A stretch of 64,000 nt of DNA, taken from the NCBI GenBank assembly GCA_963675745.2, contig CAXXWX010000015.1, positions 192,001 to 256,000 on the forward strand, written 5' to 3'. The notes under the pieces are model-generated. The model did not search any database. It had not been told where the DNA came from and saw only the letters and a list, made by a program, of their open reading frames with translations. This DNA comes from Phycisphaerae bacterium. Its GTDB lineage: Bacteria; Planctomycetota; Phycisphaerae; UBA1845; Fen-1342. Shown one piece after another: positions 46,831-57,213 of the stretch (within the stretch, counting starts at the first letter, position 1; each line of letters starts with the position of its first letter). Position numbers and translations under genes: made by a program.

Positions 46831-47940
46831 CTACCCACCCAGCAGCGCGACGAACGCGTCGATGTCGCCGTTGTTCGTTAGCCCATCTCCATTCGTATCG
46901 GCGAGCGTTATGTCGCAATCGGGGAACACTGCCGCGTAATAGGCCGGAAGTGTCACTGCCAGCACAAAGGGTTCGATGTCCCCGTTGTTGATGAGGTCGT
47001 CGCAGTTGAGATCGCCCAGCGGCCGCAACTGGGCGATGCGAAATCCAACATGGTAGGATCGATAAAACGCCGCCCCGCTGCTGCGTGATCCCGCCCACAG
47101 TCTGGTGTCATCATTGATGAACGACCCGCCGCGCAGCCCGTGATACGGATTGACGACACCGACCAGGGTGTCATTCCACTCGAACAAGTTCCCGCCCTGG
47201 TCAAACGTACCGTAGGCACCGCTAGACGGCTTGGCGCTGTACGCCCCAACTTCCGTCGTGTAGTAGGTCGTGTCGACGTAGTCGCCGTCACTGAGGTAGT
47301 TTGCGGAACCGTTGGCCATGTCCGTACCCGGAGGAAGTTCGGGTATCGGGGCCGTGTCCGATTGTGTCGGGTAATCCCAGTACCCGGCATCGGTCCCACC
47401 ACCCTTGTAATACGCCGCCTTGTACCACTCGTCCTCACTCGGCAGGAAGAAGCGCGCGCCGGGCTTGCGAACCGCGTCATGGCCGAGCGACACGTCGTAC
47501 GCGCCATCCTCTGTATCGCCACTGCCCTGACCGTTGTGCATCCAGTTTGCAAAGCGAAGCGCGCAGACCCAACTGACGTAGTTCACCGGTCGATTACCGC
47601 GATTCGGGCGGGCCGCGTATACCCAGGTGCTGCGATCCCGAGTCGATACACCGCGCGAGATGCCCCCGATATCGTTCCAGCCGCCGCCCATATCCGTGGA
47701 GTACAACCCGTGCGGATCGCCGCTGGCTGCCACGGCGTTCAGAAACTCCGCGTATTGGCTGTTGGTCACCTCGTATTTGCCGATCTCAAACGTGTGGTCC
47801 ACCGCGCCGTAGCCACCGGCATCGGGCGCGTTGCCCGGATCGCCGACGGTGACCATCTCGATCACCACGTCTGCGTGCGCACCGAACGCGCAAACCAATA
47901 GCGCCGCCACGATCCCCACCGATGTAGCAATCCTGCACAT
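46831..47940 (-). CDS. Tandem paralog: secreted FGE/SUMF1-like protein with dockerin-like domain
   Basis: Same MCRIAT start; RPVNYVSW; PSEDEWYKAAY; YGTFDQGGNLFEW; VGFRIA; GDLNCDDLINNGDIEPF. Confidence 0.88.
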   Translation of the reverse strand: MCRIATSVGIVAALLVCAFGAHADVVIEMVTVGDPGNAPDAGGYGAVDHTFEIGKYEVTNSQYAEFLNAVAASGDPHGLYSTDMGGGWNDIGGISRGVSTRDRSTWVYAARPNRGNRPVNYVSWVCALRFANWMHNGQGSGDTEDGAYDVSLGHDAVRKPGARFFLPSEDEWYKAAYYKGGGTDAGYWDYPTQSDTAPIPELPPGTDMANGSANYLSDGDYVDTTYYTTEVGAYSAKPSSGAYGTFDQGGNLFEWNDTLVGVVNPYHGLRGGSFINDDTRLWAGSRSSGAAFYRSYHVGFRIAQLRPLGDLNCDDLINNGDIEPFVLAVTLPAYYAAVFPDCDITLADTNGDGLTNNGDIDAFVALLGG

Positions 47941-48533
47941 GCCCCAATCCTCCTCGGTTCACGACGTGCGCCCTTACGGCGCTTCCACCCTGCTCCAGTG
48001 CCCGTATCAGCGAAAGTGTACCGCCCATGCTATCGAGTGGCTTTACGCGCAACAACCTGAGTGAGAGCGACTGCTACACTGGCCGGCAGGCATGCCCCCC
48101 GGAATCACGACGGCAGCGCGCATGCGATCACGCCCGCGCCTCAGGGATGAATCGCGCACGCCCTGTTGTGTCAGAGGCGACCATCCGTAGTGGCCGGCGG
48201 TTTGGAATTGCCAACCGGTTGTGGTCGAACGAGGCTCAGCTTCGGCGTGAGTGCGCGATGTGCGTCGTTGTGTTCGTGGGTCGCCGCGCAGGACAACGGC
48301 GTGGGGAGGTCGTCGTGTGGCGGGCATGCCTGCGCACCGGCTGATTGATAGAAAGATTCTATCTTGGCGCCTGCGCACCGCCGCGCTAGAGTGGCGCTCA
48401 CACAACCCGCCGGCGCGCCGTTCGTCCAACTTTGGGGGACCGGGCAGGCGCGCCGCCTTTATGCGCTTCGCCATTCAGTTGGCGATCCCCAACGCCAACT
48501 CTGATCACCCCCGCCTCTTCTTCGGCTGTCCGG

Positions 48534-50507
48534 CTACCTGCGCGCTTTCCTCGGCCGGCGCGAGCGGATCATGCCGAGCAGCGAACCGCCGATCATCAGG
48601 CAACTGACCGCACCGCAAGGGCCGGTGACCGGCGGCACCACGGACGGCGTGTTTCCATCGCCACCGTCACTGCCATCGCTGCCGTCATTTGGATCGCCCG
48701 TCCCGTCGTTTGGCGTGTTGGGGTCGCCGGTACCATCTCCACCGTCGGTACCGTCGGTGCCATCGCCCCCATCGGTGCCATCACCACAGCCCGCAACTTC
48801 AACTTCGCCGCAACCGCACGCACCCGGCGCGGTCTTGGCCGGATCGTTGGGGCATCCATCGATACAGTCGGGCGTCCCGTCACCATCCGTGTCGGTCTCG
48901 GCAACGCCACAGCCGCACGAGCCCGGCGCGGTCTTGGCCGCGTCGCTCGGACAATCGTCGTCGCAGTCGAGCGTCCCATCGCCGTCCGTGTCAACGTCAG
49001 CCTGGCCACAGCCACACTCGCCCGGCTCGGTCTTGTTCGCGTCCGTGGGACAGTCATCGACGCAATCAGCGGTCCCGTCGCCATCCGTGTCGGCGTCGGT
49101 GTTTCCGCAACCACACTGCCCCGGGCCGGTCTTGGCCGCATCATTCGGACAGCCGTCGCAATCATCGATCGCGCCGTCGCCGTCAGTATCGGTTTCGCAC
49201 TCATCCGGCACGCTGTTGCTGTTGCAGTCTTCGCTGGTGCCGTTGCTGATGTCGGTCAGATCGGGCACGTTGTTGTTGTTGCAGTCGACTTCGCACTCGT
49301 CCGGGATACCGTTGCTGTTGGCATCACTGCTCGCCCCCCCACCGACGTCACACTCGTCCGGCACGCCGTTACTGTTGCAGTCTTCACTGGTGCCGGCGGT
49401 TATGTCGTCCTGGTCGGGCACGCCGTTGGAGTTGCAGTCCACCTCGCACTCGTCGGGTACGCCGTTGCTGTTGCTGTCGGCGCTGGTTCCGTCGGCGATA
49501 TCGCACTCGTCGGGGAGGTCGTTCTCGTTGCAGTCCTTGCTGGTCCCGGTGGAAATATCCGTCGCATCGGGTACGCCGTTGTTGTTGCAATCCGTCTCAC
49601 ACTCATCCGGCACATCATTGCCATTCGTATCGCTGCTGGTACCACCGGCGATATCGCACTCGTCCGGCACGTTGTTGTTGTTGCAGTCCTCGCTGGTGCC
49701 GTTGCTGATGTCGGTGAGGTCGGGCACGTTGTTGTTGTTGCAGTCGGCCTCGCATTCATCGGGCACGTCGTTTACATCGGTGTCGGCACTGGTACCGTCG
49801 GCTATGTCGCACTCATCCGGCACACCGTTGCCGTTGCAGTCTTCACTGGTGCCGGAGCTGATATCAACCGCATCCTGCACGCCGTTGTTGTTGCAGTCCA
49901 CGGGGACGTCAATCTTCGCGTCGGCGATGGTGGAGCTCAGCCCGACCAGCCGGCTCTTCACCGGGTTGTCACCGAAGCCGTACCTGACATAGTCGGTGTC
50001 CACCGATCCCCAAACGCGCGTGGTGATAGCCGGCCCGGTCGCCATCCGCACTTCCGTGCTGCGCTCGGCCGTGATGGTCACCTCGCCGACCAGGAACCAG
50101 GCAAATGAGTCATTCGGGTCGTAGATCGTGCCCTGCGTATCCTCGTCGTACCTCCCGAGGCCGTAGGTCTGCACAGCGCTCCCGTTCGCCCGACCATCGT
50201 CCCAGTCGAGGCTGGCGACCGAATCCCAGCGCTTGTTGAAGGCGTACTGCGGGTTATAAAGCTCACCATCGATGCTCGTGACGGCGTTGGGGTCGCTGAA
50301 GACCAGATCGACCGCCAAGCCGTTCCACACGTCACCGACCGTGACCTTGCCCCACAAATAGAGCTTGGTGCCGCTGGCCACCGTCTGGTTGCCGGTGGGA
50401 AAAGCGTTGTCGGCGGTGCCGAACGCCAATTGCAGTTCATGGTCCTGAGCCGTAGCCACGCCCGTCAAAGCAAGCGACAAGATCAACACACAGCAAGCCT
50501 TGTACAT
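48534..50507 (-). CDS. Cell-surface protein with Ca-binding DCNxNGVPDEC and CPxDxxKTxPGxCGCG (thrombospondin-3-like) repeats and a C-terminal TM plus basic anchor
   Basis: MYKACCVLILSLALTGVATAQ signal; tandem repeats; tail GPCGAVSCLMIGGSLLGMIRSRRPRKARR. Confidence 0.85.
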   Translation of the reverse strand: MYKACCVLILSLALTGVATAQDHELQLAFGTADNAFPTGNQTVASGTKLYLWGKVTVGDVWNGLAVDLVFSDPNAVTSIDGELYNPQYAFNKRWDSVASLDWDDGRANGSAVQTYGLGRYDEDTQGTIYDPNDSFAWFLVGEVTITAERSTEVRMATGPAITTRVWGSVDTDYVRYGFGDNPVKSRLVGLSSTIADAKIDVPVDCNNNGVQDAVDISSGTSEDCNGNGVPDECDIADGTSADTDVNDVPDECEADCNNNNVPDLTDISNGTSEDCNNNNVPDECDIAGGTSSDTNGNDVPDECETDCNNNGVPDATDISTGTSKDCNENDLPDECDIADGTSADSNSNGVPDECEVDCNSNGVPDQDDITAGTSEDCNSNGVPDECDVGGGASSDANSNGIPDECEVDCNNNNVPDLTDISNGTSEDCNSNSVPDECETDTDGDGAIDDCDGCPNDAAKTGPGQCGCGNTDADTDGDGTADCVDDCPTDANKTEPGECGCGQADVDTDGDGTLDCDDDCPSDAAKTAPGSCGCGVAETDTDGDGTPDCIDGCPNDPAKTAPGACGCGEVEVAGCGDGTDGGDGTDGTDGGDGTGDPNTPNDGTGDPNDGSDGSDGGDGNTPSVVPPVTGPCGAVSCLMIGGSLLGMIRSRRPRKARR

Positions 50508-50832
50508 TCTGTAAAACCTCTCTAGCTGCGTCAGCGCGAGCGTTTGTTCGCCCGCCCTGCTACGACCAGTCCATTGCCCGGCTGATAACTTTCTTCCATG
50601 CACACGGTTCGAGATCGGCGCGCAGTAAGGGCGCGCCAGCGAATTATACGATTCAAGGCCGTGTCCCGGCGAGTGCTGCCGCGCGGGGAATACGGGCGGC
50701 CTCGCCCCTGCTCGGCGCACCGCCCCCAATCACCGGCAACGCACGGTCCCTGCTCACGCACATCATTTCTTATCGGTAGTCAGGCGGCGGTGAATGAACC
50801 GGGCCGGCGTGATTATCCGCCGGAGAGTGGTC

Positions 50833-52056
50833 CTACTCGAAGCGCAGCGCCTCAATCGGGTCCAGTCGGCTGGCGCGCCAGGCCGGGTAGAAACCGAAGA
50901 ACACGCCGATAATGCTGGAAAACCCGACGGCGATGCCCGCCATCCAGTATGAGATGATGGCCTCACGCTCGAATTGGTGCTCAACGAACAGGGCCAGCGC
51001 CCAGCCGCCAAGAAAGCCAAATAGACCGCCAAGCGCGCAAAGCACGACAGCTTCGCACAGAAACTGCCCAAGGATCTGCGTCGCGTTCGCGCCGATCGCC
51101 ATGCGCAACCCGATCTCGCGCGTCCGCTCGGTGACCGACACGAGCATGATGTTCATGATCCCGATGCCACCGACCAACAGCGAGATTGACGCGATCAGCG
51201 TCAGCAGGAAGTTCATCGTGCGCGTCACCTCTTCGCGCGCCTGGGCATTCTCAGCGCGATCGAACATGCGAAAATCGTCGGGCTGTTCGTCGGCCAGCCG
51301 GTGACGCCGCCGCATCACATTGCGAATCTGCTCTTTGGTGAAATCGAGGGTGTATCCGGGCGTCGCGCCGATGAAGAAGACGCGTGGCGGGTCATTGCCG
51401 CCGACGCCGGCCTGGTAGGTGGTCAGCGGCATGATGATCTCGTCGTCATAGTCCTCGCCGCTGCTGCCGGCGCCCTTGGGCTCCAGCAATCCGACCACCT
51501 CGTAGGCACCTTTGTCAACCCGGATGGTCTCGCCGATCGGGTAGACGTCACCGAAAAGCTCCTCGGCCACCGTGGCGCCGATCCAAACCACCTTGTTCCG
51601 CAGATCCAGGTCGTACTGAGTCAGCACACGGCCTTCCTGCACACGCCAGCGACGGATATCGAAATACGGCGGCTCGACGCCGCGAACCGTTGTGCGGTGA
51701 TTGCCATAGCTGGAGATCGCCTGCGTGCCGCGCCAGTGGCGCGCGGTCAGCGATACGGCGCGCACGGACTCACACTCTTCGAGAATCGCCAGCGTGTCAT
51801 CGCGGGCGGTGTTGGGACGAACGGCTGTCTGCCGCTGGGCCCCGCTGGCCTGTTCGCGCTCGTACCAGATTACAATCCAGTCATCCCCCATCTGCGCAAT
51901 CTCACGCTCGACAGCCCGCTGCGCCCCGGCCGCCACCGAGACCATCGCGATCACCGCGGCGATGCCGATGATGATGCCCAACACTGACAAGGCGGTGCGC
52001 ACCTTGTTCTTGCCGAGGCTGCCCAGCGCTTCACCGATGACGGTCAGTGGTCCCAT
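50833..52056 (-). CDS. MacB-like ABC transporter permease
   Basis: NKVRTALSVLGIIIG; GGIGIMNIMLVSVTERTREIGLRMAIGA; YPAWRASRLDPIEALRFE. Confidence 0.93.
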   Translation of the reverse strand: MGPLTVIGEALGSLGKNKVRTALSVLGIIIGIAAVIAMVSVAAGAQRAVEREIAQMGDDWIVIWYEREQASGAQRQTAVRPNTARDDTLAILEECESVRAVSLTARHWRGTQAISSYGNHRTTVRGVEPPYFDIRRWRVQEGRVLTQYDLDLRNKVVWIGATVAEELFGDVYPIGETIRVDKGAYEVVGLLEPKGAGSSGEDYDDEIIMPLTTYQAGVGGNDPPRVFFIGATPGYTLDFTKEQIRNVMRRRHRLADEQPDDFRMFDRAENAQAREEVTRTMNFLLTLIASISLLVGGIGIMNIMLVSVTERTREIGLRMAIGANATQILGQFLCEAVVLCALGGLFGFLGGWALALFVEHQFEREAIISYWMAGIAVGFSSIIGVFFGFYPAWRASRLDPIEALRFE

Positions 52057-52059
52057 CAG

Positions 52060-52815
52060 TTACCCCGCTTCGCTGACCAGGTGCGGCTCGACCACGGCGT
52101 TGCGGGCAGTAGCCACTTCACCACCGGGAGCGCCATCGCTGACAATAACTCCATCCTCAAACACCAGCTCGCGCCGGCCGTACGCCGCGATGTCCGCTTC
52201 GTGCGTGACCACGATGATGCTTATGTGCTCCTCGTGGTTCAGTTGCGTGAAGAGGTCCATGATCTCGCGGCTGGTCTTCGTATCCAGGTTGCCCGTGGGC
52301 TCATCAGCCAGCACGACGGCCGGGCGTGTAACCAAAGCCCGCGCGATCGCGACGCGCTGTTGCTGGCCGCCGGAGAGCTGGTTCGGATGGTGCCGGACGC
52401 GATCGGCAAGGCCCACGCGCTCGAGCATCTCGGCTGCCCGGCAATGCCGCTCACGTCGCCCCGTTCCCTGATAGGCCAGCGGCAAAGCCACGTTGTAGAG
52501 AATCGAGGTCCGCGGCAGCAGATTGAAGCTCTGGAAGACAAACCCGATCCGCTGATTACGGAGCAACGCGAGCCGCTTACGCGAGAGCTTCTCCGTGGAC
52601 TGGCCCTCGAATGCGTACGTACCGGCGTCCAGCCGATCGAGGCAGCCGACCAGGTGCATGAACGTCGATTTTCCCGACCCGCTCGCGCCTGTGATGGCGA
52701 CAAACTCGCCACACTCAATACCAACCGTGACACCACGAACGGCCGGCACTTCCATGTCACCAAGGAAGTACGATTTGTGCGCACCGCGGATATCTACCAA
52801 GGCGTTGCTGGTCAT
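52060..52815 (-). CDS. MacB/LolD-like ABC ATP-binding protein
   Basis: GASGSGKST; IGFVFQSFNLL; LSGGQQQRVAIARAL; LADEPTGNLD. Confidence 0.95.
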   Translation of the reverse strand: MTSNALVDIRGAHKSYFLGDMEVPAVRGVTVGIECGEFVAITGASGSGKSTFMHLVGCLDRLDAGTYAFEGQSTEKLSRKRLALLRNQRIGFVFQSFNLLPRTSILYNVALPLAYQGTGRRERHCRAAEMLERVGLADRVRHHPNQLSGGQQQRVAIARALVTRPAVVLADEPTGNLDTKTSREIMDLFTQLNHEEHISIIVVTHEADIAAYGRRELVFEDGVIVSDGAPGGEVATARNAVVEPHLVSEAG

Positions 52816-52824
52816 GGGATCGGA

Positions 52825-53994
52825 TCAGGCGCGCGAGCGGTTGCGGCGAGTCGTCTGGCGCATGCCGGTGACGACCTCGTCGCCGGCGTCCAACTCGTCC
52901 GTGCGCACCTCAGTGAATTTCCCGTTATTGAGGCCCAATTCAACCTGCACTTCACTAAGCACCCCGCCAGATCGGCGGTACACGCGCGGCTGCGTCGGGC
53001 GTCCGCGCGGCGCGACGTTCCACCCGGTCTTGACGCGCTCGGCGTGTGGGTCAAAACGCAGAGCCGTATTGGGCACCATCAGTACATCCTCGACCTTCTC
53101 GACTTCGAAGAGAATGGTCGCCGTCATGCCCGGTCGCAGTGCCAGGTCCGGGTTGTCGACCTCGACCAGCGTCGTGTAAGTGACCACGCCATCGACCACG
53201 GTTTCGGCGTAACGAACTTCGGAGACGGTGCCGCGAAACTTGCGCCCGGGAAACGCATCGACGCGAAACTCCGCCGACATCCCCTCGTGTACTCGGCCAA
53301 TGTCGGTTTCGCTGACGGCCGCGTTGACACGCATGGCGGTCAGGTCGTTCGCGATGGTGAACAGGGTCGGGGCCTGCAACGAAGCCGCAACCGTTTGCCC
53401 CTCGTCCACGTCGCGCGATATGACCACGCCGTCAATCGGCGACTTGATGACCGTCTTTTCGAGCTCGATCTTGGCGTATTCAGCGTCGGCCGTGGCGGCC
53501 TCGAGCTGAGCCCGCGCCGCATTGGCAGATGCAAGAGCAGCCTCCTCTTCCGCACGGCGCGTCTCCAGCTCAAACTCCGAAGCCACTTGCCGCTCAAACG
53601 CCCGCTCGATTCGATCACGATCGAGCGTCGCGGTTGCCAGCCGGGCTTCTGCCTCATTGACTCGCGAGCGGGCCACGGCAACAGCGGCCTGGCGCTGCGC
53701 CAACAACGCCGCGAAACGATCCTGATCCAGAACCGCCAGCAAGTCACCTTCGCTGACGCGGTCATTGAAATCAGCGTGCAACTCAATGACCGTGCCACTG
53801 ACCTGTGAACCGACGAGCACCTTCACAACCGGCTCAACCGTGCCGGTGGCCGAGACGGTTGAGATCAGCGTGCCGCGCGCCACCGTGGCCGTGGTGTAGC
53901 TGACCTCGACGGGCGGCGCGAGCCAGTTGTGGTAGCCGTACCAGCCGCCGCCACCAAGCGCCGCCACCACGATAATCCCGATGAAAAGCCGCAT
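52825..53994 (-). CDS. MacA-like efflux periplasmic adaptor subunit
   Basis: ATGTVEPV..VGSQVSG; IKSPIDGVVI..GQTVAASLQAPTLFTIA; LRPGMTA; start at MRLFIGII. Confidence 0.92.
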   Translation of the reverse strand: MRLFIGIIVVAALGGGGWYGYHNWLAPPVEVSYTTATVARGTLISTVSATGTVEPVVKVLVGSQVSGTVIELHADFNDRVSEGDLLAVLDQDRFAALLAQRQAAVAVARSRVNEAEARLATATLDRDRIERAFERQVASEFELETRRAEEEAALASANAARAQLEAATADAEYAKIELEKTVIKSPIDGVVISRDVDEGQTVAASLQAPTLFTIANDLTAMRVNAAVSETDIGRVHEGMSAEFRVDAFPGRKFRGTVSEVRYAETVVDGVVTYTTLVEVDNPDLALRPGMTATILFEVEKVEDVLMVPNTALRFDPHAERVKTGWNVAPRGRPTQPRVYRRSGGVLSEVQVELGLNNGKFTEVRTDELDAGDEVVTGMRQTTRRNRSRA

Positions 53995-54270
53995 GACGTT
54001 TCGACGCTCCAGAGAATCTGCCCGATGACTGCGTTGCCGATTATAGATGCCGCCCATCGATACTAAATCGTCAGTGCCGCTGCGCGTAACGCGCGTGACG
54101 ATTTCCGACATCGCTGACAAAATCGGTAGACTGGTCCCCGGCTCGCGTTTGCGGCAACTGACTGGTCGGCCGGCGCCTTCCCGCCAACCGGTGCGCGCCA
54201 AAACGCGTCCGTTCGATTGGCGAGATCGGCCCAGCCAGAGATGATACGCGCCGGCCGACATGGAGCATCG

Positions 54271-54771
54271 ATGGCAACTACCGGCGAAATCCGTCCGGTC
54301 GTAATCTGGGGTTTGCTGATCGCCTGGCTCGCCTGGGGGGCGTGCGCCGTGGCCGAGGTTCTGTTGCTTCACGAAGTCGAGAGTGTGATGGTAACAGGCC
54401 CGGTAATCTTCATCCTGGGGCTGTTTGTCATCACCCTCGCGCTGATCGGCCGCTATCGACTGCTGGCGATGATCGGTTTGGCGGATACGCTCATCTGCGT
54501 GCTGTTCTTCACGCTGGTACAGGTGCTGACCTGGGGCCCCGGAGACGCCTACGCCCCCTTTGCAGTCCTCGGCGCCATTTACGTGGCGTCACTGCTTCCA
54601 ATCATGCTCACCGCCACGCGGCGTGTCCCGCGGACCAGGCAGGGCGATCGGTGCCTGAGCTGCGGGTATCTGCTCCACGGCTTACCGGAGCCCCGGTGTC
54701 CGGAATGTGGCCAGCCGTTCGACCCGCGGGCAGTGAGTCCACCTCCCAATTCCGGGCGGAAATCCCTGTAA
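54271..54771 (+). CDS. Four-TM membrane protein with C-terminal zinc ribbon
   Basis: CLSCGYLLHGLPEPRCPECG; GGAG RBS. Confidence 0.75.
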   Translation: MATTGEIRPVVIWGLLIAWLAWGACAVAEVLLLHEVESVMVTGPVIFILGLFVITLALIGRYRLLAMIGLADTLICVLFFTLVQVLTWGPGDAYAPFAVLGAIYVASLLPIMLTATRRVPRTRQGDRCLSCGYLLHGLPEPRCPECGQPFDPRAVSPPPNSGRKSL

Positions 54772-54814
54772 ACGGGCGAATATCGCCGCCGGCGCTGAAT
54801 TTTCTGATTTTTTT

Positions 54815-54925
54815 TGAGACCAGAGTGGAAATCCGGCTGATGGGGTGCCTATTACCTGATGACTTCTCCTCCTCCTCCTCCTCAAAGAAGTTGGGGCCCA
54901 CTCGCACGAGTGGGCCTGTTTTTTT
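54815..54925 (+). ncRNA. Candidate small RNA with a CCUCCU-repeat (anti-SD) loop and an intrinsic terminator; 5' end uncertain
   Basis: Stem GACTTCT/AGAAGTT (54861-54892) encloses CCTCCTCCTCCTCCTCAA and is followed by a terminator. Confidence 0.45.
54895..54925 (+). terminator. Rho-independent terminator
   Basis: GGCCCACTC-GCAC-GAGTGGGCC followed by TGTTTTTTT. Confidence 0.85.
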
Positions 54926-55040
54926 GCGCGAAGCACGCTGCCACGCAGAACGACGCGCAACTCTCGCCATATTAATAACTTACCCCACCGACGCCCCCTG
55001 ATCGTCATTCACCACCCACACGGACCGGCCCAACGGGCCG

Positions 55041-55625
55041 TCACTCGAAGACCAGCGTCCTCGCCCCAGCGTCATCCGAATCGCCACGGCCGGCCGCCAT
55101 TTCCACGTATGTCTCGTTGACGGCGGCTTCGGGGCTGAGGCCCAGACGGTCGCGCAGAGAGAAAATGATCGCCGAATCATCTGCTTCAATCTCGAGAAAC
55201 CAGCCCAGCCGCGGCAGCTCATCGAGCGTGACGGTTGCGCCCCCCAAGGTGTACGACTCGCGGCGTTTCTCAAACCGCACGCACACGCGGTAACCGAGGC
55301 GCTGCATGATGTCGCTCAACGCGTCGGCGCTGCCGGCGCTCGTCTCGATTTCGCTGCGCGATTTGATGCCCGCCGGCGCGTCGGTGTCGAGCGGCCCTTT
55401 GAATGTGAGCGTTACGTGTGGTGGCCCCGCACCGTTTAGCGGAGTGGCGACGCGTATGCGCAGACCGCTGCCCGCGCCGAGCAGTGCGCGCGTCTCCGAG
55501 TCGAGTATCAGGTTGGTCTCGAGTACCTGTTCACCCGATTGTGCCCCCAGTTCACGCAGCCGCGCGCGGATCGCGTCAGGCTCACCAACGCGGAATTTCG
55601 CTTCGATTTCATTGCGCATCGACAT
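55041..55625 (-). CDS. CYTH-domain protein (class IV adenylate cyclase CyaB-like)
   Basis: EIEAKF (ExExK); LRIR; LTFKGP; FEKRRESY; FLEIE. Confidence 0.88.
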   Translation of the reverse strand: MSMRNEIEAKFRVGEPDAIRARLRELGAQSGEQVLETNLILDSETRALLGAGSGLRIRVATPLNGAGPPHVTLTFKGPLDTDAPAGIKSRSEIETSAGSADALSDIMQRLGYRVCVRFEKRRESYTLGGATVTLDELPRLGWFLEIEADDSAIIFSLRDRLGLSPEAAVNETYVEMAAGRGDSDDAGARTLVFE

Positions 55626-55776
55626 GGACTCGATTGACAGCACTCTCGGTTGTGGGCATGCTAACGTCGAATCACGCGGATTCATATCGTTCCGCGGCGT
55701 GTAAGCCGTTGCACTTGACTTTGGCGCGGGTGGGCGTGATCGACGCCCCGACGGCACAGGCTTTCCGCAAAGAGCG

Positions 55777-57210
55777 TTGACAACCATGATACGAAGCATG
55801 AGACCTCTCGCGGTGATCGCCATCGCGTTCGCCATCATCGCCTCGGCATCAGCACAGCCCCGGCCCAATGGCACGGCGTCCCCGGCGACCAACATCCTGG
55901 AGCAACAGCGCTATATCGACGAGCAACTGGCCGACGCCCGGGGGACGGCCGCTCCGCTCGACGCGCTGGTGGACTGGCAATGGGGCGGGTGGATCGAGCA
56001 TTACACGTTCCACTTCGATGACGGTGTCCAGGCCTCACGCTGGTACCATCGTCCCGGGATGTCATTGTGGACGCGCCTGCGGTTTGATGGCGGCACACAC
56101 GAGCTGTTTGCCCGCATGAAGCTGGGCTTCGAGTATTTCAAGCCCGGCGACGAATACGAACGCCAACAGGACTGGGTTGGCCCCAACCTCGAACGTCTTT
56201 GGTATCAGGTGGACGTAGGCCGGGCGCTGCGCATCACCACACCGGCCGACCCTTACCAACTGACGCTCCGCATCGGTCGGCAGCAAGCCATGATTGGCAG
56301 CGGATATGTGCTGGACACGCCGCTGGACGCCGTCTATTTCGACAGCCGCCTACACGACCTGCGCGTCCAGGGCCTCCTGGGCAAGACCTTCGGCCTCACG
56401 CCCAACATCGACCGTAGCGACCCGGTAGACAACAACAGCGCGCGCTGCTTCTACGGCGTCCAGCTCTCGTATACCGGCATCGAGCGTCACGAGCCCTACG
56501 TTTACGCCCTGTGGAATGACGATCACACGGATGAGCGGCCGCAGGACTGGTTCCAGAATTACAGCTACGACACCGCGTACTTCGGCATCGGCTCGCAGGG
56601 TGAACTGGTCCACAACCTGCGCTATTGGGCGGAGGGCGTGTTTGAGACGGGCAAGAGCTGGGGCAATGATCAGTGGATCGTGCGGGATGATGTGAACGCC
56701 TGGGGCTGGAGTGCCGGGCTGGAGTATCTCTTCGACACGCCGACGCGGCCGCGGCTGGCTTTTGAATACATGTTTGCGAGTGGCGACCGTGATCGCATCG
56801 GCAGCCCGAGCAACGCCGCCGGTGGAAACCGCCGCGGCATGGACACCAGCTTCAACGCCTTTGGCTATCGCGACACGGGTATTTCCGCGAGCCCGGCACT
56901 CAGCAACATGCACGTTTGGCGCCTGGGCGGATCATGCGCCCCCTTCGCCAAATACGAGTCTTTTCGCGACCTCGAGCTGGGCACCAACTGGTTCCTGTAT
57001 CACAAACACCATGCTCGCGCTGCGATCAGTGATATCACGTCAGACATGAATGCCGGATATGTCGGCTGGGAGATGGACTATTTCGCCAACTGGCGTATCT
57101 CGTCCGATCTATCCTGGACGCTGCGCTGGGGAGCCTTTTTCCCCGGCGACGCCTACAACGATCGTGGCATGCGGAACTTCGTCTTCACCGGCATCACCTG
57201 GAGCTTCTAA
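55777..57210 (+). CDS. Outer-membrane beta-barrel, alginate-export-like family
   Basis: Signal peptide; RIGRQ; EYMFASGD; GWEMDYF..W; C-terminal TWSF; start may be 55786 or 55798. Confidence 0.75.
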   Translation: MTTMIRSMRPLAVIAIAFAIIASASAQPRPNGTASPATNILEQQRYIDEQLADARGTAAPLDALVDWQWGGWIEHYTFHFDDGVQASRWYHRPGMSLWTRLRFDGGTHELFARMKLGFEYFKPGDEYERQQDWVGPNLERLWYQVDVGRALRITTPADPYQLTLRIGRQQAMIGSGYVLDTPLDAVYFDSRLHDLRVQGLLGKTFGLTPNIDRSDPVDNNSARCFYGVQLSYTGIERHEPYVYALWNDDHTDERPQDWFQNYSYDTAYFGIGSQGELVHNLRYWAEGVFETGKSWGNDQWIVRDDVNAWGWSAGLEYLFDTPTRPRLAFEYMFASGDRDRIGSPSNAAGGNRRGMDTSFNAFGYRDTGISASPALSNMHVWRLGGSCAPFAKYESFRDLELGTNWFLYHKHHARAAISDITSDMNAGYVGWEMDYFANWRISSDLSWTLRWGAFFPGDAYNDRGMRNFVFTGITWSF

Positions 57211-57213
57211 GAA

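Noticed and set aside
45604..47940. Diversity-generating retroelement targets
   Set aside because: No reverse transcriptase and no adenine-specific TR/VR pair is visible in this window.
48700..49900. Regular DNA repeats as a CRISPR array
   Set aside because: They are in-frame coding repeats with synonymous variation; there are no unique spacers and no cas genes.
48432..50108. 558-aa and 473-aa + strand ORFs
   Set aside because: Antisense shadows of the Asp/Cys repeat protein.
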